From: a virus
Lineage: Duplodnaviria; Caudoviricetes
IMG/VR virus record: IMGVR_UViG_3300016672_000107
Coordinates: 1 to 40,148 of that record
DNA length: 40,148 bases
Reading direction: 5' to 3' (one strand)
The notes beneath the pieces are model-generated. The model was not told the DNA's origin, did no database searches, and saw only the letters and a list, made by a program, of their open reading frames with translations. Shown here piece after piece: positions 35,419 through 40,148 of the stretch. The position numbers were made by a program, and so were the translations under genes. Positions within the stretch are counted from its first letter, which is position 1; each line of letters opens with the position of its first letter.

Positions 35419-36395
35419 GTGACCCGGAGAAGCAGTCGGCGGGCGACGACGCTCCCAAGCCCAAGACGGCCGAGGAGCTGGAAAAGGAGCGGATCGCGGC
35501 CGAGAAGGCCGAGCGGACGTCCCTTACGCACAAGTTCCAGGGGTTCGGCTATGTCGTGATGCCCTCGGAGGCAAAGCCCCCGATCCTGGATATCCCGACG
35601 CGCCGCGCCCTGTCCGAATGGATGGCGGAAATGAACGCGAAAAAGGCGCTCCGGGCCGTGGGCGTCGAGCCGCGAACCCGCGTGATGCTGGACGGGCCTC
35701 CGGGCTGCGGAAAGACGACGCTCGCGCATCACGTCGCGGCCCGCCTCGGCCTGCCGATGGTGACGATCGTCGCTAACGCGGTGATCTCGAAATACGTCGG
35801 CGAAAGCGCGAACAACATCGGGAAGATATTCCGGGCCGCCCGGCAAGCCGCGAACGGGGTCGTCCTGTTCTTTGACGAGTTCGACGCCATCGCGCGCGAC
35901 CGGGCAAAGACGACCCAGGGCAACGGTCACGACGACGGCGTTACGATCTCCGTCCTCGCCGAAATGGATCGGCACGAAGGGATGATATTCGCCGCGACCA
36001 ACCAGCCGGAAGGGATCGACGCGGCGGTTCAACGGCGGTTCAACCTGAAAATTGAGATCGCGCTACCCGGCGAGGACGAACGGCGGGCCATCGTCCGCCT
36101 GTATCTGCAACCGCTCGACGTCGAGGACCGGATCGTCAACGCCCTGGCGGCGGCGCTCGAAAACGCCTCGCCCGCGCTCATCAAAGACGTTTGCGAGGCG
36201 ATCAAGCGCGGCCTGGTCCTTGGGCCTAAGCTGCAGTTCGATACCGGGCTAGGCGCGCTGGTCCGCCGGGCGACGACGACGATCAAGCCGCATGAGGACA
36301 TGGCCGTCCCGAAGCTATGGGGCGGGATCGCGGCGGCGGTGGAGCGGCTGGACACGGCGGCCGAGGGCGCGTGGCCCCCGGTGTTGCCAAAGTGA
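35415..36395 (+). CDS. Classic-clade AAA+ ATPase (IetA-like)
   Basis: GPPGCGKT; SKYVGES pore loop; FFDEFDAI; AATN.PE.ID.AVQRRF second region of homology. Confidence 0.9.
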   Translation: MSDPEKQSAGDDAPKPKTAEELEKERIAAEKAERTSLTHKFQGFGYVVMPSEAKPPILDIPTRRALSEWMAEMNAKKALRAVGVEPRTRVMLDGPPGCGKTTLAHHVAARLGLPMVTIVANAVISKYVGESANNIGKIFRAARQAANGVVLFFDEFDAIARDRAKTTQGNGHDDGVTISVLAEMDRHEGMIFAATNQPEGIDAAVQRRFNLKIEIALPGEDERRAIVRLYLQPLDVEDRIVNALAAALENASPALIKDVCEAIKRGLVLGPKLQFDTGLGALVRRATTTIKPHEDMAVPKLWGGIAAAVERLDTAAEGAWPPVLPK

Positions 36396-37096
36396 CGGGA
36401 GCGCGAAGCATGGAACACGCTTATCCCCTGGCGGGGGCGACGGTCCTCGCGACGACGATCAAGGGACCCCCGGTCCAATGGGCGCGAGCGCGCGTCGGCG
36501 GCGGCGCTCGGGAAGGTGTGGGGCGACAGCAGTCGTTCCATACCGCTCCCGCGCAAAAGCGGTTCAAGCGGCTGGTTCAAGACGAGGGCCGGCTGGCGAT
36601 GTTGACCGCGAAGGCGCGGCGGCTCGGCGACGGAAAGCCGGTCCCCCTCGGAACGCCCCTGATATTCGAGGCCCTGGTGTTCCTCCCGATCCCGTCGAGC
36701 TTCACGCGCTCGGAGGAGGCGGCGGCGCGGGCCGGGGAGCTGCGTCCGACCGGCAAGCCGGACCTGGACAACTGGATCAAGCTCCCGATGGATGCGCTCG
36801 AGGGGATCGCCTACGCGAACGACAGCCAGATAGTCGGGTTCGGAAACTCGGGTATCTGGTACGCGGCCCAGCCCCGCCTCGAGCTGCACGTCTATTACGC
36901 CCCGATCGGCCTCCCGATCGACCGGGCGGCGGTGGACCTGGCGCTCCGCAACCTCCGCGCCCTGGTCGCGCCCTGGTCGATCCAGGCGTCCCCGACCGGC
37001 GGCGACGAAGGCGCGCTAACCGGCGCGGACCTGGTGGACACGATACGAAACGCGCTCGGGTTCGAGCCTATGGGAAGGAATGACGATGAAGCGTGA
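36392..37096 (+). CDS. rusA: RusA-like Holliday junction resolvase
   Basis: PTGKPDLDNWIKLPMDALEGIAYANDSQIV; start at GTG 36392 or ATG 36410. Confidence 0.9.
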   Translation: MTGARSMEHAYPLAGATVLATTIKGPPVQWARARVGGGAREGVGRQQSFHTAPAQKRFKRLVQDEGRLAMLTAKARRLGDGKPVPLGTPLIFEALVFLPIPSSFTRSEEAAARAGELRPTGKPDLDNWIKLPMDALEGIAYANDSQIVGFGNSGIWYAAQPRLELHVYYAPIGLPIDRAAVDLALRNLRALVAPWSIQASPTGGDEGALTGADLVDTIRNALGFEPMGRNDDEA

Positions 37097-37361
37097 CACG
37101 CACGCGGCCGCCGAGGCCGCCGCCGCCGCCCCCGCGCCCCGCAAGGGCCGCCATACGTTCGTCGTGAACGCGGGCCGCGACCTGGACGAATTCGAGGTCG
37201 AGGCGGACGATTTCACGGTCGAGCGCGAGGGCGTCTATTTCAGCCGGGGACTTACGCCCGAGGACGACCAGGGACACGTCGCGGCGTTCGTGTCGCATCC
37301 GTGTATCGTCCGCCTGGACGACGACGGCACGGCGGCGGCGGCGCGGGAGCCGGCGAAGTGA
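37080..37361 (+). CDS. Hypothetical protein
   Basis: Overlap-coupled; FEVEADDFTVE. Confidence 0.6.
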   Translation: MTMKRDTHAAAEAAAAAPAPRKGRHTFVVNAGRDLDEFEVEADDFTVEREGVYFSRGLTPEDDQGHVAAFVSHPCIVRLDDDGTAAAAREPAK

Positions 37362-37585
37362 TGGGCCGCGCGATCAAGCCGGACTTTGCGGCCGAGCTGG
37401 CGGAACGGGAAAAGGCCGCCGCCGCCGAGCGGACCCGTCCTGTCGTCGCCCATTGCCCGACGTGCGAACACGATTGGACCGTCTGCTATCTCCCGATGCC
37501 GATCGACACGGCGGCGGCGCTCATGAAGGCCGCCCGCTGTCCGAAAGGATGCTCGGCCGGCCCGCGCGTGGGGTCGCTGGTATGA
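37361..37585 (+). CDS. Small zinc-binding protein
   Basis: CPTCEHDW...CPKGC. Confidence 0.6.
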   Translation: MGRAIKPDFAAELAEREKAAAAERTRPVVAHCPTCEHDWTVCYLPMPIDTAAALMKAARCPKGCSAGPRVGSLV

Positions 37586-38055
37586 CGGCCCAGCTCGATT
37601 GGGAGCGGCAACGCCTGGCGTCTCTCGGCGCGACGATCGCGTTCTATCGCGGACCCGTCCTGTCGTTCGAGATACGCCCTCCGTTCTATCTGGCGAGCTG
37701 CGACGGGTGCGGCTGGGTCGGATCGTCGGAGGCGTGCGGGACCGACGAAGCGGACGACGTGTTCTGTCCGCGCTGCTTTCGCGGCGGCGCGGATTGCGGC
37801 CGCGTCGCCGAGCTGATCTCGCGGCCGGTGGAGGAGGCGTGCAACGGCCTTCGCGCCGATCTCGAGGAGGCCCAGGCGGTGGCGTGGATGGTCAAGGCCC
37901 GCCGCCGGTCCGAGGACGCGAACAAGGCCCGGCCCGTATGCGGCAAGGTCTTTATGTCGAAAGATACGGCGGCGGCGGCGGCCGAGCGCATGTCGAACCG
38001 CTGGCGGCTGGTCGAGCCGTTCCCGGTGTTCGCAATGGAAAGGGACGTCGCATGA
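37582..38055 (+). CDS. Zinc-ribbon phage protein
   Basis: YLASCDGCGWVGSSE.C...CPRC; ATGA coupling. Confidence 0.65.
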   Translation: MTAQLDWERQRLASLGATIAFYRGPVLSFEIRPPFYLASCDGCGWVGSSEACGTDEADDVFCPRCFRGGADCGRVAELISRPVEEACNGLRADLEEAQAVAWMVKARRRSEDANKARPVCGKVFMSKDTAAAAAERMSNRWRLVEPFPVFAMERDVA

Positions 38056-38576
38056 CGCGAGGTGTTTCGGAGGAGCGGTTCCTGGTCCGCCTATCGGATA
38101 CCGACGTCGCGGATATGATCCTGGCGGCGGCGGATGCGTCCAACCCGTCCGCCCCGTGGGATCGCCATCGGGAGGCGGTCGTCGCCTATGCGGTGGCGCT
38201 GGGGCGTCGCCTCGGCGTGCGGATCGGCCTCGAGCCGTTGGACGACGCGGCGCGGACGTCCGTCGATCGGGAGCTTATCGACCTGGTCCGGCAGCACGAA
38301 CCCGGCCGGCGCGGTTGGATTGAGGCGCTCGAGCGGTTGCGGCGGTTCCTGGACCGCTACCCGCAACGCGGCCGGCCGGACGACGGCGGGGTAACGTCGA
38401 TCATGGAAGCGGACCGCGATCGTCGCCTCCGTTTCGAGGACGCGCTTAGGGCAATCGCGGAGGGCAACCTGGGCGACGGGCCGGGGCAGGCGAATTACGA
38501 ACGCATCCGCGCCACGGCGGCGGCGGCGCTCGAGGACGGTCCCCGCAACGCCAAGGGACCGGAGGGCGACGCATGA
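38052..38576 (+). CDS. Hypothetical protein
   Basis: ATGA coupling at both ends. Confidence 0.6.
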   Translation: MTRGVSEERFLVRLSDTDVADMILAAADASNPSAPWDRHREAVVAYAVALGRRLGVRIGLEPLDDAARTSVDRELIDLVRQHEPGRRGWIEALERLRRFLDRYPQRGRPDDGGVTSIMEADRDRRLRFEDALRAIAEGNLGDGPGQANYERIRATAAAALEDGPRNAKGPEGDA

Positions 38577-38905
38577 GGGGTCGTCGCGGGTTCGGCGCTG
38601 TGATCCGCGCCCAGCGCAAGGCGTCGGAGGATCGCACGCTCGATCGGCTCGGAATGTCGGACGCCATGTGGGATGCGCTCGAGGACTTGCACCTCTCCCG
38701 GCTCAACAAAGAGCGCGGCCGGCGGCGCAAGCTAAATGATCGGACGATGACGGCCCTCTACAAGCGCGGCCTGGCGACATACGTCTCCCCCGCGCCGGTC
38801 CCTTGCCCCTACTGTCACGGCGCGACGTGCGGAGACGACGTCGCGGTCTGGTCGTGTACGGACAAGGGGAAGGCCCTTGCGATGGCGGGTCGGGATGCCG
38901 CGTAA
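38573..38905 (+). CDS. Hypothetical winged-helix-like protein with CxxC insert
   Basis: TMTALYKRGLA...CPYC...C...TDKGKALA. Confidence 0.55.
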   Translation: MRGRRGFGAVIRAQRKASEDRTLDRLGMSDAMWDALEDLHLSRLNKERGRRRKLNDRTMTALYKRGLATYVSPAPVPCPYCHGATCGDDVAVWSCTDKGKALAMAGRDAA

Positions 38906-39371
38906 AAAGCGACGCCTCGACCAGGCCCTCCACGATCGCGCCGAGCTGCTCGCACGCGCGCACCCCCTCGGGACGGTGGCGGAAATTCTCAAGCTGTCCC
39001 CGTCGCAGATATCGGGAATGAAAAAGCGGGGGTGGAAGGCCCTCCCGGAGGGCGCGCCCCGGCGTCCGCGTCCGACCGATTTCGAGATACAGTCGTCGGT
39101 GATGACGTTCGAGGAGCTGTGTCGGCACTATCGGGCGGGCAATTCGACCATGATTCGGTGGTTTGCCGAGACGAAAAACCGGCGGCCGAGCTGGCGGGGC
39201 GATCCGCTCCGCAACGTACCCAGGAACGGCGGCGCGAGCCGTCGCAAGTCGGAGGAGGAGCTTAAAGCGATCCGCGCGAAGCAGTGGGAGACGCGTCGCG
39301 CGAAATACGGACCTAGCGGCTATCGCGCGGGGGCCTACGCCCGCGCACCCCGGAGAGACGACAATGTATGA
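38895..39371 (+). CDS. Basic protein with two HTH-like segments
   Basis: LGTVAEILKLSPSQISGMKKRG and MTFEELCRHYRAGNSTMIRWF. Confidence 0.6.
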   Translation: MPRKKRRLDQALHDRAELLARAHPLGTVAEILKLSPSQISGMKKRGWKALPEGAPRRPRPTDFEIQSSVMTFEELCRHYRAGNSTMIRWFAETKNRRPSWRGDPLRNVPRNGGASRRKSEEELKAIRAKQWETRRAKYGPSGYRAGAYARAPRRDDNV

Positions 39372-39450
39372 CCCCCGAACCCGTGCGCGTAAGCATGGGA
39401 CACGCTTTTCAACCCCGGCGGCGGCGCAAGCCTCGGCGGTGCGTCTGTGA
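39364..39450 (+). CDS. 28-aa leader ORF coupled to the initiator gene
   Basis: CCGGAGAGACGACAATG RBS; TGA overlaps GTG 39447. Confidence 0.4.
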   Translation: MYDPRTRARKHGTRFSTPAAAQASAVRL

Positions 39451-40148
39451 GCGTTGCGCTTATGGGCCGGATATGGCCGCAGCTCATTCAACCGTCCGGC
39501 CGGAAAATGGTCCTCCTCGCCTTCGCCGATGCGGCGAACGATGACGGGTTGACCTGGATCGCGCTCGAAAGCGAACGCGGCAAGCTGGACATGCGGCAAA
39601 AGTGTTCAATGTCGATCCGCGCCCTCCGCGATCACGTCGCCGCGCTCGAGGCGGACGGGTATATCGAGCGGCACGAAACGATAGGGAAGGGCTGTATCTG
39701 GCGGGTCCACGCGACCCCGGCAAATTCTGCCGGGGTCCAAGGCGTGACCCCGGCAAATTCTGCCGGCCCCCCGGCAAATTCTGCCGGGGAACCATTATCT
39801 AATCATCAAGAGAAAGAAAAAACGCGCGAACGAATTTTGCCGGTTGTGGATAAGTGTCCGTTGATCGGTCGCCCTCTCCCCTCGGGTGTTCGCCTGGATC
39901 AATGGGAGGCGTTCCTGGACATGCGGGCGTCGATCGCAAAGCCTGTCCGAGCCTATGTGGCGACGAAGGTCCTCGGCAAGCTGGACGAAGTCGCAAAAGC
40001 CGGCTGGCACGCTGGCGACGTCCTGGACCGCTCGACGGTCAACCAGTGGGCGGACGTGTACGAACCCGAGGACGGTCGCGTGACGGGCGTCCGTCGCGTC
40101 GTCGCCGGTCACGTCGCCGAGCCGGTGCGCGAGCTGGCGCGGATCGCG
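39447..40148 (+). CDS. Lambda O-like replication initiator (HTH N-terminus), about 280 aa, continuing to base 162
   Basis: My translation: MSVALMGRIW...KMVLLAFADAANDDG...KCSMSIRALRDHVAALEADGYIER; C-terminal WEAFLDMR...VLDRSTVNQW; absent from the ORF track because it spans the junction. Confidence 0.85.
   Translation, partial: MSVALMGRIWPQLIQPSGRKMVLLAFADAANDDGLTWIALESERGKLDMRQKCSMSIRALRDHVAALEADGYIERHETIGKGCIWRVHATPANSAGVQGVTPANSAGPPANSAGEPLSNHQEKEKTRERILPVVDKCPLIGRPLPSGVRLDQWEAFLDMRASIAKPVRAYVATKVLGKLDEVAKAGWHAGDVLDRSTVNQWADVYEPEDGRVTGVRRVVAGHVAEPVRELARIA
39713..39853. other. Replication origin inside the initiator gene: 3 iterons, A-rich tract, DnaA box
   Basis: CCGGCAAATTCTGCCGG at 39717, 39750 and 39771; A-rich 39790-39835; TGTGGATAA (reverse complement TTATCCACA) at 39845-39853. 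Confidence 0.85.

Noticed and set aside
35415-36395. DnaC/IstB-type helicase loader
   Set aside because: Pore-loop and second-region-of-homology motifs are of the classic AAA clade, and the gene is not adjacent to the initiator
40128-40148. Biological terminal repeat or att site
   Set aside because: It lies mid-gene in the initiator and its 21-bp length fits an assembler k-mer overlap
1-40148. tRNA/rRNA genes and IS elements
   Set aside because: No cloverleaf-like sequence or transposase motif recognised; intergenic space is minimal (tRNAscan not run)

Overview
The window is an apparently complete, circularly assembled genome of a GC-rich HK97-fold siphovirus. Bases 1-21 are identical to 40128-40148, giving a 40,127 bp circle. 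The host is probably alphaproteobacterial, possibly a sphingomonad; this is inferred from a GapR/DUF2312 homologue and the style of the tail genes. Gene order: HNH/P-loop packaging nuclease, putative cos region with a 36-bp-period repeat, ParB-MTase, TerS, TerL, portal, an opposite-strand DUF305 moron, protease, capsid, neck and tail genes with a -1 frameshift chaperone, tape measure, tail tip, beta-helix tailspike and lysis cassette. After these come a leftward block of small early genes (27067-34334) and a rightward block (GapR, AAA ATPase, RusA, zinc-binding ORFs, O-like initiator with an internal origin, spanning the contig junction). I saw no integrase, CI-type peptidase repressor, ParA, helicase or polymerase. 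The most striking feature is a ~120-aa Hint (intein-like) domain at the C-terminus of the central tail-tip protein (GGGGY|C...HN|I), which looks built for self-cleavage or ligation rather than splicing. Also notable: an orphan IetA-like AAA ATPase coupled to a GapR-RMF-like fusion, four dispersed copies of a 17-bp palindrome at gene starts, a second operator family in early-promoter spacers, a candidate anti-SD sRNA, and a tandemly duplicated tail chaperone domain. All family calls come from motif recognition by eye; no searches were run.
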